Assembly (NCBI GenBank): GCA_012295275.1
Contig: CM022677.1
Span: 14,074,001-14,138,000, forward strand
Length of the DNA: 64,000 nucleotides
Direction of reading: 5' to 3'
From: Chrysomallon squamiferum
Taxonomy: Eukaryota; Animalia; Mollusca
Shown here one piece after another: positions 14,270 to 30,748 of this stretch. The notes under the pieces are model-generated. The model was not told where the DNA came from, did no database searches, and saw nothing but the letters and a program-made list of their open reading frames with translations. The first letter of the stretch is position 1, and every line of letters begins with the position of its first letter. The translations under genes were made by a program, and so were the position numbers.

Positions 14270-16153
14270 TTACTTTTTACACCATGTAAATATTTTTATT
14301 TCTCCCGTGAACTCTCCCACGTACAATTTGTTGTCATCACAACAGACAGACCAAGGTTCGGTCAGTCCATCCTGGTCAGTGAGGATGTCACGTGTAATGA
14401 TACCATCTCGTGACAACTGAACAACACAATTTCTATTAAAATCACAAACAAAAATATTTCCCTCCCTGTCACATGTAACACCTCTCAAGTCTCTCAGTTT
14501 GTCTGAATCACGTGACTCCCATTTGACGTCACCTGATGACGTCACACAAACTACACTGTTTAGCTTTGACACAACAATCAGACATTGATCATGAACTGTG
14601 AGAAACGACGGACTGGGGATCAAATATTTTGAGATAGAATTAATGAGCTCGCCACTGTCTGTCAGTATGTCCAAGCACTGACTATTGTACCCAGTGACCG
14701 CGAGACGGTTGCCAGGTAACACAGCGATATACTGATACCTTTTAACAGTTTTAACTGTTTTTACCAGTTTAAAGTTTTTCAAATTTAAAAACAATATTTT
14801 ACTTTCATGTGGCAGAGCAACAACAACAACAACATCACCCCGCTGATCACGTGATTCGGCAAGACCGAATGGTTGAGAGGAAGTTTCGTATCTTTTTATC
14901 AGTGATTTTCTTTCTAAACAAAAACATTTTACACAGACATTGTTATAATCACTAACAACAATTTTACTTTCGTCTGCACCTGACACCAGCAGGGACTCCG
15001 GCCAAGGATATGTTTTATCTTTTTGTGTTTTTGTGTTAATGGTGTCTGTGTGTTTGAGTGTGTCTGTCTGGATGTTTGTGGATATTTCTCCAATGTGGAC
15101 TGACATTTCTGCCTTTTTGTCAGATTTTATCAGATTTACTTTAAACTTTGCTTTTTCTATTCGGGAACGAGATTTGGACAGAAACTCGGAAGTTGTGTTT
15201 TGAAGTTTGGTGAATTTCGAAATGTTAATTTTTATATCTGACTCTGATTTTCTTGTCAGCAAATCTTCCCCCAATCTTATCATTATTTCGTTTTCCTCAA
15301 TCAGATGTTTGTGTTCATTGAATAATTTGTCTATTTCTGAGTTTACAAAGTTCTGAGATTTTTCTATTTCTCTTATTAACCTGTCTTGTTCTTTGTGGAC
15401 TGCCGCAGTAAAATCTGTGATTAGTGCGTTACCGATCCTTCTGACCTCTTCTGTGGTGTCCACGACGTTGATGTCGACGGCTTGGCGAAGTTGCTCAATC
15501 TTATCATCCATCTCTGTCTGAAGAATTTCTTTAAAGTTTTTGAGACTTTCAGAAACAGAACTCAGAAGTGACATGTGATCTCCCTTTTGAGCTGAAGTAA
15601 GTAAATAAATAAATAAATAAATAATCAATCAGTCAATTAATTAATTAACTAGAACTACTATTATTAATAAAGGTATGCCTACAATGTGAAGTTTTAGAAT
15701 TTATTTGATCAACTACTTTAAAAATCTGAGTAGAAAAATGTCATAAATAAAGTTTCCTCTATTTCTTTAGCTTCTGGTGGTTAATATCTTTAGTTAAACA
15801 ATCACTAAATTTGTTCTTTTTTTAGTATTTTATTGTAACGAATATAAACATAACACTGCTGACTCACAAAACTTTGATTGTAGCCGATCATTAGCGGCGT
15901 TCTGTAGTGAAAGGTTTACAGGGAATTGATCTGCCCATGTATACACTGGTTTCGTGCTGTCTGGGATGTGGACATCCTGCCTGCAGAACGGGCAGGTGAT
16001 TTTTATGTCGTTGTTGTTGTAATTATGACTTATATAGTCCTGCAGGCATTTGCTGCAGAACGAATGTCCACAATATAATATTCGCGGTTTCTTGAAAAGT
16101 TCGGCACAAATGCAGCACGAAAGATTATCATCAGAGTTTGCAGCTGTTGCCAT
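14270..16153 (-). CDS. TRIM-like RING-type E3 ubiquitin ligase (RING + coiled coil + NHL/beta-propeller; TRIM2/3/56-like), 2 coding exons: 16153..15868 and 15591..14270, 535 aa
   Basis: ATG at 16153 follows acceptor AG (16157-16156). C3HC4 RING: CCICAELFKKPRILYCGHSFCSKC...CPFC followed by the TRIM-typical FPVN motif. Donor GTGAGT (15867) is phase 1 and acceptor TTCAG (15592) is phase 1, so the frames join (286+1322=1608 nt). Heptad-rich coiled coil, then NHL-like repeats (SQPFGLA, LRGVTCDREGNIFVCD, LTEPWSVCCDDNKLYVGE). Stop TAA at 14272-14270. Confidence 0.92.
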
Positions 16154-16184
16154 ATCTGTGAATAACAATAACAATAATATTAAT

Positions 16185-16291
16185 AAATAAATAAATAAAT
16201 AAATAACAATAATAACAACAGCAACAACATAGAAGAATCAGAGAAGATAAAAAGGAAAATACAGAGAAAGAAAAATGTAACTAAATAATAG

Positions 16292-16322
<31 letters not shown>

Positions 16323-16420
16323 AATAAATAAATAACAATAATAACAACAGCAACAACATAGAAGAATCAGAGAAGATAAAAAGGAAAATACAGAGAAAAA
16401 AATGTAACTAAATAATAATA
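16185..16420. repeat. ~120 bp tandem duplication in TRIM intron 1
   Basis: aacaacagcaacaacatagaagaatcagagaagataaaaaggaaaatacagagaaa occurs twice in tandem. Confidence 0.9.
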
Positions 16421-16430
16421 ATAATAATAA

Positions 16431-16461
<31 letters not shown>

Positions 16462-17264
16462 CAATAAGAGATAACAAGAATAGCAGTGGAGGTCAAAATT
16501 AAAAGATTTTTGAATCAAAACCACGAACAAACAAAAGTAAAGAAAAAATTCACACACAAAATAAAAAATAAAATATCAAATCCGTTTACTTCAAAGGGCC
16601 AATGGAATATACAAATAAATAAATAAATTAAAGGATAAAATAAATAAACAAACGTGCGAATTTAATTATAAAATTATAAATATGCTATTTAAGCTACTCA
16701 TTTATTTATTCATTTATTAATTTCATTTTGTTTGTAAAAAAATAAAAGAACTATTAAAGTGAATTACAAACTTGCTAAATTTAACCTTGTGAAGTAAGTT
16801 TGAGAAGGAAAACGACAGTTCTTCTGTAATACGTTATATGAAACAAAGCATGAAATAAATAAATAAATAAATAAACATTTGTGACGTGTCCATGAATGCT
16901 GCAAGGTAATTTCGCACACCACTATTTCGGCCATGCTACGTAACCAAGCTCACTCATTTTCATGGTAAAACTCGAATGTAGACAATGAAAGAAACGTGAC
17001 ATTCACAGAAGTAATGTATTCAGTGTAATAACAACGAAACATTTCATAGTAAACGAATGAATTTCTGATTGCTGCTGAACATTATTTTATTAAAGTCGAA
17101 CTCAACAGATTTTTCTCTGCTTTTCTCTGACCACTGAGGCACACCCTCCACTCTAACACTAAACAATTTTGTACAGAAATTGTATTATGAAAATAACCTA
17201 GATTACTGTTTTATTTTATAATATCTTACACTAACGAAATAACAAGAACAACAACAACAAAAAT

Positions 17265-17308
<44 letters not shown>

Positions 17309-17316
17309 CTTCTTAC

Positions 17317-17430
17317 CTTTGTCTTAAGAAATGAAAATGTTAACACCTGCAAACAGTTCTCTTCTATTCGTCTGCAATGTCAGTTTGCTGGCGGAGAAGT
17401 TGGTTTTGACAGACGTCACTCGGTGAGTGG
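17317..17430 (-). other. Putative non-coding first exon (5' UTR) of the TRIM-like gene; 5' end approximate
   Basis: Strong donor AAG|GTAAGA at 17317/17316. The coding exon has an acceptor 2 nt before the ATG, so an upstream exon is required. The sequence is conserved in the paralogous copy at 6250. Confidence 0.6.
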
Positions 17431-17480
17431 AATATACCAATTTCAATAAATGGGTGGACACCTTGAACTTTTCTAGAACA
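17410..17480 (-). promoter_or_regulatory. Putative TRIM-gene promoter motifs (CRE-like GTGACGTC, kappaB-like GGAATATACC, TTCTAGAA)
   Basis: Motifs are retained in both paralogous copies (6345-6411 and 17410-17480); motif match only. Confidence 0.25.
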
Positions 17481-18078
17481 CTTTTGTTTCTTCTGAAAAA
17501 AAAAATAATCGTGCTCGTTTTAAATACTTTTCTTAAAGTAAACAGCAGTAAAAGTAACAACTACCTTAACATAGTTAGAGCAGTTCATTAATTTTTAAAA
17601 TGCGTGTTACAGACTATCACACCTGTGGTAATAATAGACACAGCCACTGGTTTGTAGAAGGTCGGAGAAAAATAATACATTTAGCCGCCAAAATTAAATC
17701 TTGTTTAAACTTGAATAGTGAACTGGCGGTTTCAAGTCTTTCGTAAGATATATAAATAAACTGTACGAATGAAAATCAGAACACACACACAAACACACAC
17801 ACACACACACACACATATATAAATATATGGTTTATAAACTAAATAATTCAGTATATTATGATACATATTTCATTAGCTAACTTATCTAAACACATACTAT
17901 TTGTTTCCATGCATGAATGAGAGAGAGCATTTCTTAAGTGTTTGACAATGTCATGTTCATTCAAGTGCACAAAGGAGTGTCACGTTTATTAAAATTATCA
18001 CAAATACACGCAAACTACAAGTAATATTGTAAATTTGAAACATTTAAAATATTTATTATTTTAATAACAGATTAATAT

Positions 18079-18136
<58 letters not shown>

Positions 18137-18189
18137 TAGTAATATATATATATATTCCTTTATTATATAAATTTTATTTCATTCTCTTT

Positions 18190-18762
18190 AAGATAAATAA
18201 ATAAATAAATAAAGACAGAAACAAAGAAACGATTAAATTCATGAAATTATAATATTATATATTTTATTATTTAGCTAAAGCAAGCAAGTATATTTCTGTT
18301 TGAATCAGAGAGCAATTCTCAAATATTTGGAAATAGGGAATTGAAAGAGGATTGAATATTATGTCAGCAGTGTTACTAGCTGACAAATATACGTAACACA
18401 ATTGTTTTGTAAGTATTTTAATTGAACAGATGTTGCTGTTTACCTTACGTATTTGTTAGAAAGGTGTTAACTTTCATATCATTCTTGATTCACATATGTA
18501 CATATATGAGAATAGTGTCTCTGAAAAAAACCGTCACACTTTTGTCATCTTGATATTGTGAATGAATGTTTTTTTTTTTTAACCAGATTATCTGAAAACC
18601 ATGAGTACAACAACGTCCTATAGACCAGTATGAATAATACAAGTTATCGCTTCGCTGGTTTTCATAGCCTTTCCGTTAGTTCGTTCATATAGTGATGATA
18701 AACGATGCAGTACAAAGTCAAAGCATTTTCCAATGTCAGTGTTTCCAATATCAAATAGTTTA

Positions 18763-18809
<47 letters not shown>

Positions 18810-19211
18810 GTTTGGATAGGAGATTTACTAACAACATAACTACCTATCCATAACAACAAATTCTACTCCACAAAACTATTAATAAAAATTGTTTATTTAA
18901 CCTGATTGTATTCTGTTCCAGCCAGTGTATCACGACATGTGATCAGATAATTATATAATGTGTTTCTTTTTATCCGCACCGTGGAAAACATGAAGACATG
19001 TTTGATGCTACTGATGTGTGTGTAACGCGTAGTGCGCCTGCGAGGTAGTCACGTTTCTGTGTCTCGGGTTTTCCTTTTGTTTTCTTTAACCTACCAGTTC
19101 TCTTGTTCTTACTTCTGTATTCATTATTTATTTATTTGTTTATGTTTGTATTTATTTATTCATTTCTGTTTATTCCTTTACATATTTTTTCGTTGTTTGC
19201 ATTATGAGACA

Positions 19212-19281
<70 letters not shown>

Positions 19282-19395
19282 GTTGCTGTTACTGTTCTTG
19301 TTACGTTAAAACGCATGCGTGTGTGTGTGTGCGCGCGAAAGTGATATTATTGTAATGTATTTTAGAATGATGACGCCACAATATTTATTTTTAGC
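18190..19395. repeat. Right arm of inverted repeat (partner 9805-10904), with ~170 bp extra sequence at ~18965-19130
   Basis: Reverse-complement identity with the left arm. Confidence 0.85.
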
Positions 19396-20299
19396 AAACC
19401 TCAGATCTCTCGGCTTATAGGTTACGAAGTGTTAGAAAACTGAAATCAAAATGAAAAAAATAAAATAAAATAAAATAAAATAAATAAAATTAAAACAAAA
19501 TGAAACAAAAATATATGGTTTTATTCCTCATCCTAAAAATACTGAATTCTCAGTACCGGCCCTGTTCCCCTCCTCTGTGATTATTGTGAATCAGTACCTT
19601 GCTCCAACTGTGCATAGATAGGAAAAGATGAAATATGATTCTTTGTACTTGCAAGTTATTATTTTAGTTGTTGTTGTTGCTGTTATTCTAGCAAAAGAAG
19701 GTTTATTATGATTGCAGTCGGAGCTATAGAAAAATGGAGACTCATGTGTAGTTTAGAAATAGCTGGGTATTACTCTTTTTTTCTTCTTTTATATTTTCTT
19801 CGGATATATATTATTTCGTTATGAATTAAGAGTTCATTAAAAATCGTAGAATGATAATATTAATTAATTAATTAATTAACAGATAAAAAAAAAACTAAGA
19901 AAAAGAATAACAACAACAACAACAACCACAATAATAGATAGATGATTTTAACAATACTATACAAATTACATAATAATTGTAACACATCAGTTTACAACTG
20001 GATTGGTGTGAAAAACATATACTCGTCAAATAAAGTAGGGAACTCTAATAAGAAATTACACTTGCAAAAATTGTAAGGTATATTAGCTGCAGGGAATGAT
20101 AACAGCGAAGTACTTGGTCAAACATTACAGCTGGTAGTTCAGTATTTCAGTGGGTTTTAAAACCTCCAAGGACGTCTGGGGTCAGAGAAGAAATTTGAAA
20201 TTTGAAATGTGACTATCACGATGTGTAAGACATTCATTCAGTGGCAAACTGCGTTCAAGTCTCACAGTGGTCATTTGACAGCGTTTGTTCCGCTGCTCT

Positions 20300-20700
20300 T
20301 GCCTCGGTAGTACTTCCCAGAGATGACCCTTCTTTGCACAATATGGATTGGGTGTACTGTCAGTTACAGATACACCTCCCCATACGATAACCCATCCACG
20401 GCTAAATCTATCATTAATCGAATTTTAGGGTTTGCTTGCCTTTCATTTCGTTGTCGCCTGACCCGACCGTGCATGTAAGGCAGATCGAGAATGAACAGGC
20501 AACATTCGAAAAGATGCCACGTGTCCAGGGAACAGATGCACCAGTGCTTATGCTCACCACACCATTCCCGTCTGTGTGACGATTGTAAAGACAGGTACCA
20601 CCCTACTGAACAAATAAATGAGTGATGCATGTTCAGTTATATGGAATGTGTTTCAGTGTGTTGATAAACTGACCTGAACCTTCTTTGCCTGGAGGTGCAC
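20300..20700 (-). mobile_element. Decayed Tc1/mariner transposase fragment
   Basis: Minus-strand frames read VQVSLST..N..H / HRREWCGEHKHW / GRVRRQRNER / DRFSRGWVIVWGGVS..T..HIVQ..YYR. This matches the Tc1 consensus (RxxWAxxHxxW...DGRxRVWRRxxER...FGGGSVMVWGGIS). Frameshifted. Confidence 0.8.
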
Positions 20701-20786
20701 AATAACCATCTGAGCTACAGCAGCCGGGCCTTGTTGTGTCTTCTTATCTAAGAATCATACGTAACTATTTTTGAAACTTTGGAAAC

Positions 20787-21473
20787 ATGTATGTTGTGAA
20801 GACCGTTCTATTTTTAGCGTTCTGCTGATTATGTCTGGGCAACATTCGCCCATAACCATCCTTCGAGGTTCGAGATAAACACCGGATACATTTTCGATCA
20901 AAGGCTTTGTCAAAGAAGGTAGTGTTTTTAACAGGCTACGAAATCATTATTTTTTACTTCTGTCTGAAGAGAACAAGCAGTTTACGATACTCCAATGGCA
21001 ACGATCCCGAAGTCATCACAGCAGTTTTAATCGGACATGCTGCAGGGTGATCTGCCCCATCTGAACTCTTCGTCTCGAATTAATGTCGACAAAAAATCCA
21101 AATTAGACAGAAAAGTCACCCATCTAAATGTGCGGAAGAGGACAACGTCAAAATACCAGTATACCTCGACAGCGTGAAACAGTACAAACTAATAGCTACT
21201 CTACCAGTGTATAAAGCTTTTGTAAACAGAAGAGAACCAAATAATACTGATTGTGTTCCTTTGTCTCCTCTCTACTGGAGTTTTACACACCTCTGTTTGA
21301 ACAAAACAAAACATCATTTATTTTCAAATTCGGCAACTTTGAAAGTGTTTAATTCCCGATCTAATAGTCGACAGTATGTACACATATTAATATTTCTGAA
21401 TGTAATTTATGTACTTATACCTATCTCACTCAGTCTGTATAAATGTAACCTACAAATAATAAAATGTATATAA
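20787..21473 (+). pseudogene. Intronless pseudogene copy of a secreted / possibly GPI-anchored protein
   Basis: ATG 20787 gives the signal-peptide-like MYVVKTVLFLAFC*LCLG (in-frame TGA), then further stops/frameshifts. The terminal frame ends in a hydrophobic tail (YVHILIFLNVIYVLIPISLSLY). The leader 20704-20754 nearly matches 63950-64000. Confidence 0.55.
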
Positions 21474-21599
21474 CGTGACTTTTTTATGTGTGTCTGTTTG
21501 TGAGTATGTGGGTGGTTGTGTGTGTGTGTTTGATAGCTCTTAATTCCTGAACATATTTCCCTATAGCTGATTATCTATGCTTGTTTGTCATGTTGTCAA

Positions 21600-25400
<3,801 letters not shown>

Positions 25401-25679
25401 AACTACCGAACTAAACTGTGTTTTCACAGACTCCTCACATTCAGTCAAAATGTATAAACAAGTTAAGAAAAAAGACCCATAATAAAAAAATAATTAAAAC
25501 ATTTCTTCTCGGTGTTCATTTGCTCCAACGTGCAAGAAAAAAAAAGAAAACAACAATATTTAAGAAGGTTAAATGACTAAAAAGTAAAATCTATAAAATA
25601 ACCTTAATATTAGTTTCAAGGTCAGGGTTAGAAATAAACTTTGCATAAGAATTAAAGTTAGGCACTTATTTAACGTCAG

Positions 25680-25790
25680 AGTTAGGCTTAAGGTTAGGGT
25701 TAGGGATAAATTAGGGTTTAGTTAGGGTTAGGGTAAGGGTTAAGTTAGGGTTAAGTTAGGGTTAAGTTAGGGTTAGAGTAAGGGTTAAGG
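25680..25790 (+). repeat. Interstitial telomere-like (TTAGGG)n degenerate array
   Basis: ggttagggttaggg...gttagggttagggtaagggttaagttagggttaagttagggtt. Confidence 0.8.
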
Positions 25791-26904
25791 TGATGTTTTG
25801 GCAGACGGAAATTAACGATGATCCCAAATAAATATTTCTTTGAAAAATGATTTAAATTGAGAATGATAAAAACGAATTATCAGATATTTTCTTAATTTTT
25901 AATTATAATAATAACATTATTACAGATAAACCTCAGTTTTATCATATAAACGTGTCATGTTAATAATAAAAATACTGACAGTGAATACAACGTAAATTCC
26001 GATGCGCAATCTTTCTTCAGATATCTGTAGAAATTTAGTATATTTAATTCTCAATTTGTCAGTATAACCGTTGTGACTCTAAAATCCTTCTCTTCATCTG
26101 CAATCTTAATACTGTATAAATTATCCACAGATACTGTAATATATAATCAATAAATTGTGAAAAAAAAAAAAAAAAACACACATATACTCACACAATTCCT
26201 TAGTTATTATTAAAGTTTAAATTTTTTTTTATCACTTAACCTGTTCTATAATTCTCGATTTAACTGATTCTACATTCTGTCATATTAACTGCGCTCCTAC
26301 TAAACATGATTTGTTTTGGGTTTTTTCATAAATAAAAATGAAATATTTACTTTATTTATACGGCGTTATTTGATTTTAATAACCTTTTCCCGCAATATCA
26401 CCTTTCTTTTCTGTATTCTCTAATTGCACAGAAGATTTTGATACATTTTATTAAAAACGCGTTAACTTGATAATCAGAATAATTTTCTGCAGATAACTCG
26501 TGCCTGTCTGACTTTTCCTATTGTTAAGAGAAAAGTATATCAATTAATTTTCTGAAAGGAAATATGTCTACTATAAAATAAGAATATAATTACCAAGATA
26601 TTCAGTTTTGCACCTACTAAAAAGAAAACACGGAGAAGTCTGGGAAAAGTGAAACTTATTAATGTATTTTCACTCAGTCATTCTGTATTTTATATCTATT
26701 ATTATTATTATATTCAGAGGTGATCTAATACAATAAAATATTAATTTTCGAGGTAAACTACAAAAAATCTTGATATTTTAAATTTGTTTTGATAATGACG
26801 TGTAAAAATATCACTGTTAAACAGCAGTACAGTTATTATAAGATGAAGGTAATTTTCGCTCATTGTCTCAATTTATTCCTGTAAACTGCTGGAAGTATAT
26901 AAAA

Positions 26905-29096
26905 ACGTAAATTCTGTCCAGCGTTCTCAAATTATCTTCAGAAAACTACGCTCATGGAAACTAAATATGATATTTATGTCATTAATTCTCAAATATAAAT
27001 TGCTGAGATTCCATTAAAGTAGGTTTTAAAGTTATACTATTCTGTTCTTTACAAAATATTCTTAAAGTTTTGTAGAAGACGTATGGATAGGCATGTTGTT
27101 GTTTGTTGTTTTTTTTTTTTTTTTTTTATGATATAACTTACAAATTATAATAAAATACAGTAGACATCTCCTAATAGAATAAAATGTAACTCTAAGTGAA
27201 ATTATCAGTAGTGTGTATGATGCAAACTAGAGGTAAAACATAGTAAAACATCACGTTATTTTCATTCATTATCAATTTATGATATAAAACGTGAATTATT
27301 TCGCTTATCTCTGTGAATTTTAATATTAATGTCGTTTGCTTTGCAAAATCAAATTCTGTGATTCAAGTAAAGTGTAACTTCTCACGTGTTCAGTATTAAT
27401 TTTTATTTTTATTTTTTGTTGAGAAGAAACTGTAACTCAGTTTAAGAGAAAAATATTGTCACAATAGAGTGGCTTCCCCTGTATATCTAGTCATTAAAAT
27501 ATTTATTTCTGAATTTACAAGTCGAGCCCTGAATGCCACTATAAAATTAACAGGTCAGATCCAGATTAATGTGACATTTGATTAACAGCAGAACAGATTT
27601 CACTAGAAAGCTCTGCATGATGCTGAAAACTCAGCTTTTACTTTATAAGAATCCATTCATTTTTGTTGATAAGTTGATAAATGATGTCAACATGAGCGCA
27701 GTTTTCACAATGACATTTACTGTTATCAAGATTATTCTTGAAAAGCCGATGATATTCCTTTAGCTGACAGTTTATATATATATATATATATATAATGGTT
27801 ATGATATATATATAGCTGACAGTATATATATATATATATATATATAATGGTTATGATGCAAATCAAAGATAAACATAATAAAATATCGATGTAAGCAGTG
27901 TTTTTTTTTTTTACTAAGATGGAACGTAATTTCCGCTCAGTCTCAATTTAGACGTATAAGCTGCACAGCTGGTACTAAATAAAAACGTAAATTCTGTCGA
28001 GCAATCTCAAATTATCTTCAGAAAATTACCAAATTAAATATGATATTATACACAGAAATTAAAGATTAACTGGTATAATATTGGTTACCGTATTTAAAAA
28101 TATGATTTATTTGAAAGGCCCTCTGTATTTCTCAAACACAAAAATATATAAATAAATAAATAAATAAATAAATAAATGTATAGTTGTATAAAATTTGTTT
28201 TAGAGAGCGATGAAAAGATATTATCAGTAGTAAACAATTAAAAAAAGAAGCATTAAGCTTATCCAGCAGCGCAGTTTATAAAGCAAAATGTAGAATCAGG
28301 AAAAATAATATGATATTTTATATTTATTTCGAATTCTTCTCCTTTTCCTGTATTTTTTATTTAACAGTGTCTGCGCCTCGGAAACTTGTTTTACATGGTA
28401 GACTGTAAAATTGATGACATAATCGAGATGCACAAAGATATAGATAGAACAATAATAATAATAACTAGTTTGGACTGTTTATAGAGAGAAGCAGGCGGCA
28501 ACAGAAAAATTGTTAAAACTGTGTAGAATTTATGGATTGATAGAGAAACACACGAACAGATGTGGATATATATGTATTGGCTGTTAGAAAAAGAAAATGG
28601 GGGTATATATATATATATGTATGTATATATGTAAGTTGTGTGTGTGTGTATGTATGTACTGAAGGAAATTAGAATTTTTGTGTTATCTGAGGCATGGGTA
28701 TGTAGGAGAAATCGATGCAGACTTAGATACAGAGAGAAAGACAGACAGGTGTGAATGTGAAAGGATGAGTTGTTACGTACATGTTATCTGTGAGAAAGAG
28801 TTAATGTGTTTGTTGTCAAATAACTGCTGCATGTGAAAGACAGTGTCCTTGTTTATGTAAAAATAAATACAAGTTCCAAGTGTTTTGTTTGTTGTTGTCT
28901 TTTCAAAACATGAACAGAAAAATGATATAAAAGTAGAGATAAAAAACAGAATTATTAATTGGATTATTTTAATGATTTATTCTTATATTATTGACTTGAT
29001 TTTGAATTGTTGTAGATAGCTGAAATTAATCAGATTAAAAAAATAATTTTGCAGTAATTTTTATTTTAAAGAAATGAAAATGAAGTTATCTATGTC

Positions 29097-29144
<48 letters not shown>

Positions 29145-30335
29145 TTTAAAGAATTAAAAACTAATTTGCTTGATTATGGCGTCATTATGACAGCTATGAC
29201 AAACTCAAATAAAAGTAAAATGGGTTCATAGTACAAAATCTTAAAGGCATATGTCACTATAATTTAGTATTAGAATTCATTGTTAAAAAAGTGGTGTTTA
29301 GTTTTGTCTTAAAATGTTATTGTAATTATATTTCCTATTTAACAAACTTCAGTTGGATTAGTAACATAATGCAGAGTGATTTTGACTGCTCAAAATTTAT
29401 ATGAAAATTTCATTGTTTTTGTTCAAGGGACAAATCGAAAAAAACAGTTTTTAGCAAAATAGGAATTTTACAATAATTAATTAAGTAGTAATAATAACTC
29501 AAATAAACAAACAAATAATGGAAATTGGGTCTTTATAAACTTTTGGAGTAAATATATGTTACTATTGAAATATTTTGTGATAAATCATTTTAAAGAATTA
29601 GCAAAATTCATAATAAAAACACACAAAGACTATTCTTTCTTTATTTTTGTTTTAAATTATTTGAATGTGCCTTAACATTTTTAATGTTAAGAAATTGAAA
29701 CAATTTCAGAAATATTTTCCATTTTCATTATTGCTTTTAGATAAGATGCAATGAGGTTGAATTTGCAAATGTCAGGATTTAAAACAGTTAAGAACAAATA
29801 CTATTTTCTTTTTTGAAAAATATTTGTACTGCCACCCATTTATGTAACATAACCTGGTTATATTTTATTAACCAAAAACTCCAATCATTGCATTCCCCAA
29901 AGTAGATATACAGCAAAATAATAAGCAAGGACAAAATTAATCACGGTTACAGGATGTTATCTGTGAGAAAGAGTTAATGTGTTTGCAGTCAGAAAGAACT
30001 GTTGTATGTGAAAGACAATGTCCTTGTTTATGTATAAATAAATACAAGTTCTAAGTGTTTTGATTGTTTTTTTGTTTTTTTTTAAATGAACAGAAAAATG
30101 ATATACGATTAGATATAAAAATATAATTATTAAACTGGATTATTTTAATGATTTATTCTTATATTATTGTCTTGATTTTGAATTGTTCTTATTAACATTA
30201 AATGATATTTGAAAAAACCTGAAATTAATCAGGCTAAAAAATAATTTTAGCTCTATTAAAACCAGTATCATTTTTAAAAACATATTTGCAGTAATTTTTA
30301 TTTTAAAGAAAATGAAACTGAAATGATGTATGTAC

Positions 30336-30398
<63 letters not shown>

Positions 30399-30673
30399 GT
30401 TTAAAATTTTACAAGTGTGGGATTTATTATTTGAATTATTATTATTACTTAAGTATTATAAAATTCCTATTTCGCTTAAAATGTTTTAGTTTTACGATTT
30501 GCCCCTTGAATAAAAAGAAAAATTAATTGTTTATAATAATAATAATAAATCAAATAAACCAAAAAATAATGGAAACTGATTGATTAGAAAATGAATTTAA
30601 TATTGGAATAGTTTGCAATGTTATATCTATAAATGGTCTAAGGGAAACAACTCTATTTAATGGGTTTGTAAAT

Positions 30674-30748
<75 letters not shown>

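Noticed and set aside
15592-15628. N-terminus MIIYLFIYLLTS of the 452-aa ORF as a real start or signal peptide
   Set aside because: It is intron sequence (TTTA repeats) upstream of the acceptor at 15592.
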